Below, one piece after another: positions 19,138-28,184 of a DNA stretch of 64,000 nucleotides (position 1 is the first letter of the stretch; every line of letters starts with the position of its first letter). A program made the translations under genes and the position numbers. The notes under the pieces are model-generated. The model saw only the letters and a list, made by a program, of their open reading frames with translations. It was not told the DNA's origin and ran no database searches. Origin of the DNA: Escherichia phage vB_EcoP_PE007; the sequence record OQ938542.1. One strand, written 5' to 3'.

Positions 19138-20117
19138 TGAAGATAACCAACAACCATGATGTATCACTGGCCCTGGCTGTATGGCTATTACATGATGAGT
19201 ATGATTACGTAGACAATCCTAAGTATCTGTCTGTTACCACATTGCTTAAGCCCATTAAGCAAATCGTCATGAAGCATCGTGTAGATTTAAGTGACCAGTC
19301 AATTGATGTTATGGATTTCGTCTCTACATCAATGGGTACCGGTTTACATGATTCTATCGAGAAAGCCTGGAAGCTAGGTCATAAGACTGCATTGAAGAAG
19401 TTGGGTTATCCTCAACGAGTAATTGATGCAGTAGTCATTAACCCAACCAAAGCAGACTTTGATGCTAACCCTGACCTTATCCCAATCTACATTGAACAAC
19501 GTGGAACCAGGGTAGTTAAGGGTTGGACTATCGGTGGTAAGTTCGACATCGTAACAGAAGGTCTGTTGCAGGACTTTAAGTCTACCTCAACCTATTCCTG
19601 GGTTGCTGGTTCCCGTGATGATGAACACAAGATGCAAGGCAGCTTGTACCGTTGGATTCACAACGACATCATTACTGAGGATGTAATTCGCATTAACTAC
19701 ATCTTCACTGACTTCATGAAACACATGGCTAATAGCAATCCGAACTATCCTGCTAATCGTATTATGCATAAGGACATTCCGTTGCTATCTGTCGAGAAGA
19801 CTGAACGTTGGGTAGAAGAAAAGATTCACCTCATTGAGAAGTACTGGAATGCACCTGAAGAGGAAATTCCTGAATGTACTGACGAGGAGTTGTGGCGAAC
19901 AGAGCCACAGTTCAAGTACTTCTCTGATGCTTCTAAGGTAGATGTACCTGGAGCCAGAAGTACCAAAAACTTTGACGATATGGCATCTGCTCGTATCTTC
20001 ATGGCTGAAAAAGGTGGCAAAGGTGCTATCAAGGTCGTGGAGGGGCAGGTTAAGCGTTGTCTGTACTGCCCTGTCGCGTCCATTTGCAAACAAAGAGAGA
20101 GATATTTTCCATCATGA
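19138..20117 (+). CDS. PD-(D/E)xK Cas4/RecB-like nuclease
   Basis: GKFDIV ... QDFK nuclease-core pattern and C-terminal CLYCPVASIC (Cx2Cx5C); ATG 19138 abuts the upstream stop. Confidence 0.5.
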
Positions 20118-22267
20118 GTATTGACCTGACCGGAGTCACTCACCACCCTGCAATTGAAGAAATTGTAGATGTGCTGTGTAACAAGACACAAAACAACGAC
20201 AGAGGATTCTTCCGTGTCGAAGTAGCCTACTTCCTGGCTAAAATGGCATCCTGTATGGGTGCAACCATTGTCACTAAAGACCGTGGTGACTTACCAGTCA
20301 ACATTTACGCTATGGCATTAGCAACGTCTGGCTTCGGTAAAGGTCACTCGGTAAATATTATTGAAGACGGATTCATGACTGGCTTCCGTAAACGCTTTAT
20401 GGAAGACACCATGCCCGTCATTGCAAATGACCGTCTATGGAAGATTGCTAACGAACGTGCTGCTCGACAAGGTACAGACCAGAATGATGAGTTTGATAAA
20501 GTTGAAGCAGAATATAAACGTGCTGGAGCATATCCGTTTACGTTTGACTCTGGTACTCCACCAGCAGTTAAACAACTACGTCATAAACTGTTAATGGCTG
20601 GGTGTGGTTCAATCAACCTTCAGATTGATGAAATTGGTTCTAACCTGCTGGCTAACACAGATGTATTAACTCTGTTCCTGGAACTGTATGACCAGGGTAA
20701 GGTTAAGCAGAAGTTAACCAAGAATACTGCTGAAAGTGTTCGTGGTGAAGAACTGGATGGTAAGACTCCAGCTAACCTGTTGCTGTTTGGTACACCCAGT
20801 AAGCTACTGGATGGTGGTCAGACCGAAGATCAGTTCTATGACTTCCTTGATACAGGGTATGCACGTCGTTGTCTGTTTGCCATTGGGCATTTAGACAAAC
20901 GAGCACATGCAACGCTAACTCCAGAGGAAATCTACCGTAACCTGATTAAGCAGGATAACGTACAGTCCCTTGGTAAGTGGGCTAATCACTTCCATAGTCT
21001 GGCTGACCCAAACCTGTTTGGTTTTAAGATGGTTGTGGAAGATGCTGTGGGTATTGCTCTGATTACTTACAAGATTGATTGCGAGAAACAAGCAGAAGCT
21101 ATGGCTGACCACGAAGAAATTCGTAAAGCTGAAATTTCCCACCGTTACTTCAAAGCTCTTAAGCTGGCTGGAGCACTGGCGTTTGTTGACCAGAGTTCAT
21201 TCATTGAAATGTCTCACCTTAAACAAGCAATCCTGCTCGTAGAGGAATCTGGGGCAGCATTCCAGGGTATTCTCAATCGTGAGAAAGCTTATGTGAAGCT
21301 GGCTAAGTATATCGCTTCTGTAGGTAAAGAAGTGACTCATGCTGACTTACTGGAGTCATTGCCGTTCTATAAGAGTGGCAATGCAGCTCGTAATGAGATG
21401 ATGACTCTTGCTACAGCATGGGGCTACAAACAGCACATCATCATTAAGAAAACCTTCAATGAAGGTATTGAGTTCTTCCGTGGGGAAACTCTGAAAGAGA
21501 CTGACATCAATGAGATGATAGTGGCATATAGTGATAGCTTTGCTTATGACTACATTGGTGAACGTGTACCGTTCGACCAGTTGCATGTATTAACTCAAGC
21601 TCCCGGTATGCACTGGGTAAACCATCACATGAAGAATGGACATCGTTCCGAAGAGAACGTTATTCCAGGATTTAACATGATTGTTATTGACTGTGATGGT
21701 GGAGTACCACTGCATACGTGCCATGAACTGATGAAGGAATATAAGTTCATGACCTATACCACTAAGCGTCATTCTGATGAAGAGAACCGCTTCCGGCTGA
21801 TTATTCCAATGAACTATGAGTTACACCTCGATACTGAGGAGTACAAAGAGTTCATGAATAACGTTATGTCTTGGCTACCGTTCGAAACGGATGAATCTGC
21901 TAACCAACGAGCCAAGAAGTGGATGTCCTGCGAGACTGGTTCCTATCATTACAATCTTGAAGCAAATCTGTTGGACGTGCGTGACTTTATTCCTCGTACT
22001 AGTAAGAACGAGCAGTTCCAGAACCAGATGAAGGAAGTACAGTCGTTGGATAATCTGGAGCGTTGGTTCGCTAGTCGTATTGCTACCGGTAATCGTAATA
22101 ATCAAATGATTAAGTACGCACTGGCATTGGTTGACAGTGGTTGGGATTTTGCCCAAGTACAGCAAGCCGTCCACTCATTCAATAAGAAACTGGCTAATCC
22201 ATTACCAGATGATGAATTGAATGCAACCGTAATGGTCACCGTGGCTAAACGCTTCGCTGGCAAATAA
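20114..22267 (+). CDS. putative DNA primase (prim-pol-like C-terminal region)
   Basis: ATG 20114 (ATGA overlap); IVIDCDGG Asp motif; N-terminal P-loop-like GFGKGHS and QIDEIG; sits in the replication module. Confidence 0.45.
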   Translation: MSIDLTGVTHHPAIEEIVDVLCNKTQNNDRGFFRVEVAYFLAKMASCMGATIVTKDRGDLPVNIYAMALATSGFGKGHSVNIIEDGFMTGFRKRFMEDTMPVIANDRLWKIANERAARQGTDQNDEFDKVEAEYKRAGAYPFTFDSGTPPAVKQLRHKLLMAGCGSINLQIDEIGSNLLANTDVLTLFLELYDQGKVKQKLTKNTAESVRGEELDGKTPANLLLFGTPSKLLDGGQTEDQFYDFLDTGYARRCLFAIGHLDKRAHATLTPEEIYRNLIKQDNVQSLGKWANHFHSLADPNLFGFKMVVEDAVGIALITYKIDCEKQAEAMADHEEIRKAEISHRYFKALKLAGALAFVDQSSFIEMSHLKQAILLVEESGAAFQGILNREKAYVKLAKYIASVGKEVTHADLLESLPFYKSGNAARNEMMTLATAWGYKQHIIIKKTFNEGIEFFRGETLKETDINEMIVAYSDSFAYDYIGERVPFDQLHVLTQAPGMHWVNHHMKNGHRSEENVIPGFNMIVIDCDGGVPLHTCHELMKEYKFMTYTTKRHSDEENRFRLIIPMNYELHLDTEEYKEFMNNVMSWLPFETDESANQRAKKWMSCETGSYHYNLEANLLDVRDFIPRTSKNEQFQNQMKEVQSLDNLERWFASRIATGNRNNQMIKYALALVDSGWDFAQVQQAVHSFNKKLANPLPDDELNATVMVTVAKRFAGK

Positions 22268-22323
22268 GCAAACAGGAGTCTTTCTTTGGTTTGAAGGACT
22301 CCTAAATTAAATGAGGAAAAATA

Positions 22324-23076
22324 ATGTCCGAAGTAATTCCCAATGATATGAACACTCAGCTAATCCTGATTGCAGGATTCTCAGCGAGTGGTAAATCAGC
22401 ATCACTGCGTAACATCAGGAACCAGGAACGCTGGCTCTATCTGAATACTGAAGCAGGTAAACGTCTGCCTTTCCGTAACAAGTTCAATACTTACAACATC
22501 GAAGACCCGTACCAAATCTGGGAAGCATTTGATGTTGCATCTCCGGGTGGAGAAATGGCAGACGATGTTGATGGTATCATCATTGACTCAGCAACCTTTA
22601 TGATGGATATGCTGGAATCTCAGTACGTATTGCCTTCTGCAAATACGCAAAAGGCATGGGGAGATTTTGCACAGTTCTTTAAGATACTGCTGCAACAGAA
22701 AGTCGTTAAGTTTGGTAAGCCAGTAATTATTACTGCTCATGCTAAAGACGAACTTGATGAAGCTGCTGGTGTAATGAAAACATTCATCCCAGTGAAAGGC
22801 TCTCTGAAGAATAACGGGCTTGAAGCCTACTTCTCTACAGTGGTTTACGCAGAACGTGTAGACATTAAAGAACTGGAGAAGTATGGAAACAAGATGCTTG
22901 AAATTACGGAGGAAGAACGTGATTTAGGCTATAAACATGTATTCCAGACCCGTCCAACCAAGAAGTCTGTTGGTAAACGACTTCGTTCTCCTATGGGTAT
23001 GTTCGATAAGTCCGAGACTTACATTGATAACGATGCCCAGAAACTCTTAGACCACCTGGCTGAATACTACGCTTAA
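22324..23076 (+). CDS. P-loop NTPase (RecA-like/Sak4-like ATPase candidate)
   Basis: Walker A GFSASGKS; gaggaaa RBS. Confidence 0.5.
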   Translation: MSEVIPNDMNTQLILIAGFSASGKSASLRNIRNQERWLYLNTEAGKRLPFRNKFNTYNIEDPYQIWEAFDVASPGGEMADDVDGIIIDSATFMMDMLESQYVLPSANTQKAWGDFAQFFKILLQQKVVKFGKPVIITAHAKDELDEAAGVMKTFIPVKGSLKNNGLEAYFSTVVYAERVDIKELEKYGNKMLEITEEERDLGYKHVFQTRPTKKSVGKRLRSPMGMFDKSETYIDNDAQKLLDHLAEYYA

Positions 23077-23115
23077 GCGTTTGTCTGGTTGTTAATCACT
23101 TATTAGGAAAATCAT

Positions 23116-23919
23116 ATGTCATTGTTCAGTAATCTGAAAGAAAAAACCAAAAACGTTGAAGCTGCTAAAGACTCTCTGGGTGGTGGTGGCTTCGGTGCAA
23201 AAGAAACCGATATCTACACTGGTACTGTAAAAGTAGCTTACGTAGGCAAAGCTGATTCTGGTGCAGACTGGATGCAGTTAATTATTGAAGACCTGAAAAA
23301 CTCTGATGGCGTGCCTGCTGGCGAGTTCCGTGCTCAGGTGTACTTCACTTCTGGTAATGCTAAAGGCAACAAGCCGACTTACGAGAAAAATGGTAAAGAG
23401 TACTTCCTGCCTGGCTACACTGTCATTAACGACATGATGCTGATGGCTACTGGTACTGAACTGCCTGAAGCAGACTTCGAAGAGAAGATTGTTAAAGTCT
23501 ACGACTACGACGCTAAAGCAGAAGTTAATAAATCTGTCATGGTTCCAGTTGACCTGGTAGGCCAGACTGTTACCTTCGCTCTGGAAAAAGTTCTGGAAAA
23601 CAAGCAGGTTAAAGGCGACAACGGTTATGTAGACTCTGACGAAACTCGTGAAGTAAACGAGATTCAGAAAGTGTTTCACCCAGAACTGCTGGTCACAGTC
23701 GTCGAGGCTCAGGAAGCAGAGAAGGCTGAAAAAGAACTAACCCCAGAACTGGCTGTATTCTATGCAGCATGGCTGGAAAAGAACAAAGGCAAAACTCGTG
23801 ACAAGACTAAGAGTTCTGCTGGTGGTAATGGTAAAGGTGGCTTGCCTCCTAAACCAGGTGCGGGTGCTGGCACGGGTACTGCTCCTGCTGGTGGTAAATC
23901 ACTGTTTGGTAAACGTTAA
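23116..23919 (+). CDS. SSB-like protein (N4 gp45-like by size and position)
   Basis: 267 aa, Gly-rich termini, position between replication genes and resolvase; no motif-level proof. Confidence 0.45.
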   Translation: MSLFSNLKEKTKNVEAAKDSLGGGGFGAKETDIYTGTVKVAYVGKADSGADWMQLIIEDLKNSDGVPAGEFRAQVYFTSGNAKGNKPTYEKNGKEYFLPGYTVINDMMLMATGTELPEADFEEKIVKVYDYDAKAEVNKSVMVPVDLVGQTVTFALEKVLENKQVKGDNGYVDSDETREVNEIQKVFHPELLVTVVEAQEAEKAEKELTPELAVFYAAWLEKNKGKTRDKTKSSAGGNGKGGLPPKPGAGAGTGTAPAGGKSLFGKR

Positions 23920-24473
23920 TGAAAATCCCAATTGTCGGTGCAGACATTAGTCTCCGCAATTGGGGTTTAGCTCGTGGGATGCTGGACATTGAGTCCGGCG
24001 TCTTCGAGCAGGTCGAACTTAAACTGGTTCAAACTGAAGTTGACCACAACAAACAAGTTCGAACCAACTCCAAAGATATACAAGCCGCTCACGATTTGTT
24101 TCTTGGTTGTGAGGAATGGTTACGGTCTGCTAAAGCAGTATTCGTAGAAGTACCAGTAGGCTCTCAGTCTGCTAACGGTATGAAATCCTATGGCGTATGC
24201 GTAGGATTAATAGGTGCATTTCGTGCATTGGGTTGTCCAATCTTTGAAGTATCCCCAATTGAAAACAAACTTGCACTGGTCGGTGATAAAACTGCATCTA
24301 AGGACACGATGATTCGTGCTGCTCATGCCATCTATCCTGAAGCCAACTGGCTCACAGATAAGAAGGGCAAACTTATGAATAAGAATGAGCACTTAGCTGA
24401 TGCAATCGGTGCAATCCATGCTGGTGTAAATCTCCCAGCTTTCCAAAACCTCCTTAATTTAATAAAGGCGTAA
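23919..24473 (+). CDS. RuvC-like Holliday junction resolvase
   Basis: N-terminal IVGADISLRNWGLA, central FVEVPVGS, C-terminal DAIGAIHAG resembling RuvC catalytic regions. Confidence 0.5.
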   Translation: MKIPIVGADISLRNWGLARGMLDIESGVFEQVELKLVQTEVDHNKQVRTNSKDIQAAHDLFLGCEEWLRSAKAVFVEVPVGSQSANGMKSYGVCVGLIGAFRALGCPIFEVSPIENKLALVGDKTASKDTMIRAAHAIYPEANWLTDKKGKLMNKNEHLADAIGAIHAGVNLPAFQNLLNLIKA

Positions 24474-24474
24474 C

Positions 24475-24915
24475 ATGCAAATCATTTTGAACCAGTCCGA
24501 AGTAGAAGCTGCTGTACAGGCTTATGTCGATGATCAAATCAATCTTGCTGGTGACATCAATATTGTCATCAATGCAGACGGTACAGCTTCCGTTGGTATC
24601 AACGAAGAGGTTCATGAAGATACTCCACCCGTGGGAGTAGAGAAGAAAACTCGTCGTTCTCGTAAGAACCCACAGGAAGCTAAACATCGTCCGGTAGAAC
24701 CAGAGCCGGAAGAAGTAGTTGAAGAGGTAAAGGTAGAAGAAACCCAGACCTCTACTGGTGGTCAGAACGAGAGTTCTACGCCGGAACCTGAAGAAGAAGC
24801 AGTAGCTGAACCAGAAGCACAAGAAGAAGTTGTGCAGGAAGAAGTTAAGGCTGAAGAACCAGCAGAGAAACCTGCTACTAAGCCTTCACTGTTCGCTGGC
24901 CTTAAACGTAGTTAA
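24475..24915 (+). CDS. highly acidic hypothetical protein
   Basis: C-terminal half rich in Glu (EPEPEEVVEEVKVEE ... PEPEEEAVAEPEAQEEVVQEE). Confidence 0.5.
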   Translation: MQIILNQSEVEAAVQAYVDDQINLAGDINIVINADGTASVGINEEVHEDTPPVGVEKKTRRSRKNPQEAKHRPVEPEPEEVVEEVKVEETQTSTGGQNESSTPEPEEEAVAEPEAQEEVVQEEVKAEEPAEKPATKPSLFAGLKRS

Positions 24916-25149
24916 TCTGGTAGGTGGCTCAGAAGCTGCTGCTATTTGTGGTAGTGTTCGTAATTCTGATGCTATTGCTTATCAGGATTCTGGACGTGTC
25001 GGCTCCATACATAGCATTTATCATCACTGTGCTTATACTTTGGAAACTCAGTGATAAAAACGGTGGTGACAAGCCGCCAGAGTAACAACAACAACCGAAC
25101 CAGTGTGCAGGAATACTCTCCCCTGTGCATTGGTTCAACTGAGGCTAAT

Positions 25150-25320
25150 ATGAACAAATTTACTATTCACTGGCTCAATGGGAAGGTTAGTTCTTTCATG
25201 GGTGGAGAACCCGTTGAAGGAAAGAAAGCATTTCACATTGAATCGGAAGGCTGCAAAATCTTAGTACCATATGCTTGGTATAAAGAGGGTGAAGTAGAAG
25301 CATTAAAAAAGAGTAGTTAA
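25150..25320 (+). CDS. small hypothetical protein
   Basis: ATG 25150 with gagg RBS; last ORF before the ORF-poor locus. Confidence 0.4.
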   Translation: MNKFTIHWLNGKVSSFMGGEPVEGKKAFHIESEGCKILVPYAWYKEGEVEALKKSS

Positions 25321-26267
25321 TATCGTGAAGGGTTCTGTTAGAATCCTTTGAGATAGGAACTCCTATCATAACCTTTCTTATCTTAATCTTTGCCGTATGG
25401 CACTGACGCTAGGGTTGATGCCCATCCGTCAGGTAGACTATTTTAAGAATGGGTTATCACAGAAAATGTAAAGCAACATTCGGGTTAATCAATGGCCTCT
25501 CCCTATAGGGGCCATTTCTGAATCTTAGGCTATATCCCAAAGGTTAGTATCTTTAGGATAAGGCTTCAGATCCCTTATCAACTAACGCTCATGTTGAGCA
25601 CAACATTAACCAATAATGTCGGATAGTTCGTTATACTATTCATCCAGCATTGAGATGTTAGGTCTTACATGTAAACTAAATCATAGGGTAAAGAGGGACT
25701 CGTCATCCCTCCCCTATTATGACATCCTATCAATGAGTACATTAAGCTAACGTGCGGAGGTTTACACTGTAGCCGGTGTAGGTGGAGAAGACGGCAGGGT
25801 AGCTACCTGTGCTTAGTGTACTCTTTGATAGTTTTCGTAAGCGATTATGCGGTTTTTTAGAAATGAACCAATAACATAAATGCAAACGATGATGTTGTTC
25901 TGATGGCGGCGTAATAGCCTGTAAGTCAGCAAGGTCTTCCGACTCCTTGTAAGCAAATTCGGCGCAGTGGCCCGCTGTGATTAATAATGGGCACACAACA
26001 GGTAAGAGCATTTAGGCTACTGAGAAATCATCCGAGGCAATCAGACCTATCTTCTGTTAAGTGCTCTTTCCGTTGTGGTGAATGTGCAGGCTGATGCGCA
26101 GTGGGACGTGGCTGACTCACGAGGATGGCTCAAGCGAATAAGCAAGCTCGACGCCGCCGAATAAGCGCCTTATGCCGGAGATCAGTACCGGCCACCACAA
26201 CAAGTCCAGACGATATCTGAGTGACTATAAAAACAGATGGAGCCAGGTGGAATCCCTGGCAATTAAT

Positions 26268-26334
26268 TCCGGTGTAGGTACTAGCGTTGTGCACAAACGT
26301 GAGTGTTCTGGTTCGAGTCCAGACGCCGGAACCA
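26268..26334 (+). ncRNA. tRNA-like element (degenerate or D-arm-less tRNA with encoded CCA)
   Basis: 7-bp acceptor tccggtg/cgccgga (one GU), T-arm tctgg-TTCGAGT-ccaga, anticodon-like arm gcgtt-gtgcaca-aacgt, discriminator A plus CCA; no D-arm, so only about 64-67 nt. Confidence 0.3.
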
Positions 26335-26405
26335 ATTCAAAGTAGCATTGCACTAATCCATCCCGGAGTTCAAAGGCCAAACATGGAGCAGTGCTACTTT
26401 GAATT
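26334..26405. repeat. long inverted repeat (14 bp perfect, about 18 bp with one mismatch)
   Basis: aattcaaagtagca at 26334-26347 pairs with tgctactttgaatt at 26392-26405; left arm overlaps the CCA end of the tRNA-like element. Confidence 0.6.
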
Positions 26406-26779
26406 AGAAAGATTATGGGGGTAAGTCGTAACCATACGACGGCGTAAGTACCAGATGAGACTTCTGGACGCCCCTACCAGATTTGGGGTGTAACAGTTAA
26501 ATCCAGTTGCCGGAAGTGCTATTCTAGATACGCTGCCAATGTGTGAACGGTAAGGCTGTACAGGACTCGGACTCCCGCCTCAAACCAAAGTCGCCAGGTA
26601 CTTATGGCAAACGGGTAGTAACGAACTAGTCATTCGTCAAACGCCCACCCTATTATGAGTCAGCAAGAACGCCTTCACTTAAACTTAAACAATATAAGCT
26701 TAACGCAATAATTATGTAGGGGTATGTAAGGATTGCGAAGAAGGAGCCAGTTAAAGTCTGGCATGACTCACTCATTTAT

Positions 26780-26853
26780 GCCCACTTAGCTTAGACGGGG
26801 AAAGCAACCGACTAATAATCGGAAGGTCACTGGTTCAAATCCAGTAGTGGGTA
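26780..26853 (+). tRNA. tRNA (hand-folded anticodon AAU; identity uncertain)
   Basis: Acceptor gcccact/agtgggt (7 bp, one GU), D-arm gctt/aagc, anticodon arm accga-ctaataa-tcgga, 5-nt variable loop, T-arm actgg-TTCAAAT-ccagt, discriminator A; 74 nt. Confidence 0.65.
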
Positions 26854-27080
26854 CTTATTAATAGAGAACATAGTCCTGATTGCATTGCACTCTAAAGACA
26901 ATGCCGGTGAGACAGTCCGGCACTCTAATTATTGAAAACATACCTAACGGTGTGAGTATGAGCAGACTATAATGCTCAATTACAGTTAACTATTATCGGA
27001 CTATCAATCCTGTTTGCTGGTACAAGCACCGGTGGTAATAGTTAACTGGCCTAGCCTCGTTAGCTGCGTTAAAGCTACTA

Positions 27081-27105
27081 AGTCCCTCTTCGGAGGGACT
27101 TTTTT
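27081..27105 (+). terminator. rho-independent terminator closing the tRNA/structured-RNA locus
   Basis: agtccctc-ttcg-gagggact followed by T5. Confidence 0.75.
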
Positions 27106-27169
27106 ATTTGAGTATTGATGAACGCAATCATGCTTAAGTACAAATTCAAACCACTCTATGAGGCTAATA

Positions 27170-27550
27170 ATGGCAACAGTAAGTAAAGAAGCAATCGAAG
27201 CTAAGATTAAGAGCATTTACTTTTTCAATGGTGCAGATGCAGTGAAGTCTGCATTCGTTGACCCTTCTGCACTACCGGCAGATGATTTGGCTAACCTGGG
27301 TCTGACAACCCATTGTGTAATCATTCTGGAAAATGGATTTAAAGTTGAAGGTGTATCTGCTTGCGTAGACCCAACTATCTATGATGAGCAGTTAGGTCGC
27401 CAGTATGCATATGAAAATGCATTCAATAAGATTTGGGAATTAGAGGGCTACCTACTACGTCAGGCACTGCATGAGAAGGAAGAGACTGCTAAAGCTTTGG
27501 CTTCCTTTGCAGAAAACAATACCTGTGATGGTGGTGGTTGTACAATTTGA
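27170..27550 (+). CDS. hypothetical protein
   Basis: ATG 27170 with gagg RBS; first gene after terminator 27081-27105. Confidence 0.5.
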   Translation: MATVSKEAIEAKIKSIYFFNGADAVKSAFVDPSALPADDLANLGLTTHCVIILENGFKVEGVSACVDPTIYDEQLGRQYAYENAFNKIWELEGYLLRQALHEKEETAKALASFAENNTCDGGGCTI

Positions 27551-27630
27551 TTCAAAGGTGTATGGTAGTTTTTACCGAAAGGTACTGAACTACCCGACAT
27601 GTGGTAAGGCTCATGAAGCCAAAACAAAAC

Positions 27631-27655
27631 AAGCCCTCCTAGTGAGGGCTTTCTC
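27631..27655 (+). terminator. hairpin terminator/attenuator
   Basis: agccctc-ctagt-gagggct followed by ttctcattt. Confidence 0.45.
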
Positions 27656-27668
27656 ATTTGAGGTAGTT

Positions 27669-28184
27669 ATGTCAGAAGAAATTAAAGTCCATTTCACCAA
27701 CTACATTGGAACCAAGTGTGTAAATGGTTTCCGAATGAACAAAGAAACATACTGCAAACTTCGAGGCTGGGATGTACCAGCAGATGAAGATCCACTAGAA
27801 GAAGGTTACTTAGTCGAGTACCCAGACTCTAAGTCCAACCAACCTCAATTTCGTGGTTATCCTCAGTTCCGTGGCTATATTAGCTGGTCACCTAAAGCTG
27901 CATTTGAAGCTGCATACCATGACGTAGAAAAAGGTTGTACCTTTGGTCATGCAGTAGAGCTTCTCAAATCAGGCTTCAAACTAGCCCGTAAAGGCTGGAA
28001 TGGCAAAGAGATGTATATTTCCTATGTTGACCCAAAAGAGTGGAATAGTAGTGAACTGGAGCGTCCATGGGATGAAGACCTTAAGCCACGCCCGTGGATT
28101 GGTATCAAAACCGTCGATAATGAGTATATGCCTTGGGTTCCATCCCAATCGGATGTATTAGCAGAAGACTGGGTAATTCTATAG
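27669..28184 (+). CDS. protein with possible DUF2829/Tad2-like C-terminal domain
   Basis: ATG 27669 with gagg RBS; C-terminal FGHAVELLKSGFKLARKGWNGKEMYISYV ... PWVPSQSDVLAEDWVIL; assignment is from recalled family motif, not a search. Confidence 0.45.
   Translation: MSEEIKVHFTNYIGTKCVNGFRMNKETYCKLRGWDVPADEDPLEEGYLVEYPDSKSNQPQFRGYPQFRGYISWSPKAAFEAAYHDVEKGCTFGHAVELLKSGFKLARKGWNGKEMYISYVDPKEWNSSELERPWDEDLKPRPWIGIKTVDNEYMPWVPSQSDVLAEDWVIL

Noticed and set aside
25742-26011. 89-aa minus-strand ORF inside the tRNA/structured-RNA locus
   Set aside because: It lies in a hairpin-dense region on the strand opposite the local transcription direction, and I found no motif or other support; treated as a chance ORF.
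26268-26334. Calling the first tRNA-like element a functional canonical tRNA
   Set aside because: There is no D-arm and the length is only about 64-67 nt, so it is kept as a low-confidence tRNA-like element.
25321-27110. Possibility of a CRISPR array in the ORF-poor region
   Set aside because: No regularly spaced direct repeats; the repeats present are inverted repeats and short 8-10-nt motifs.
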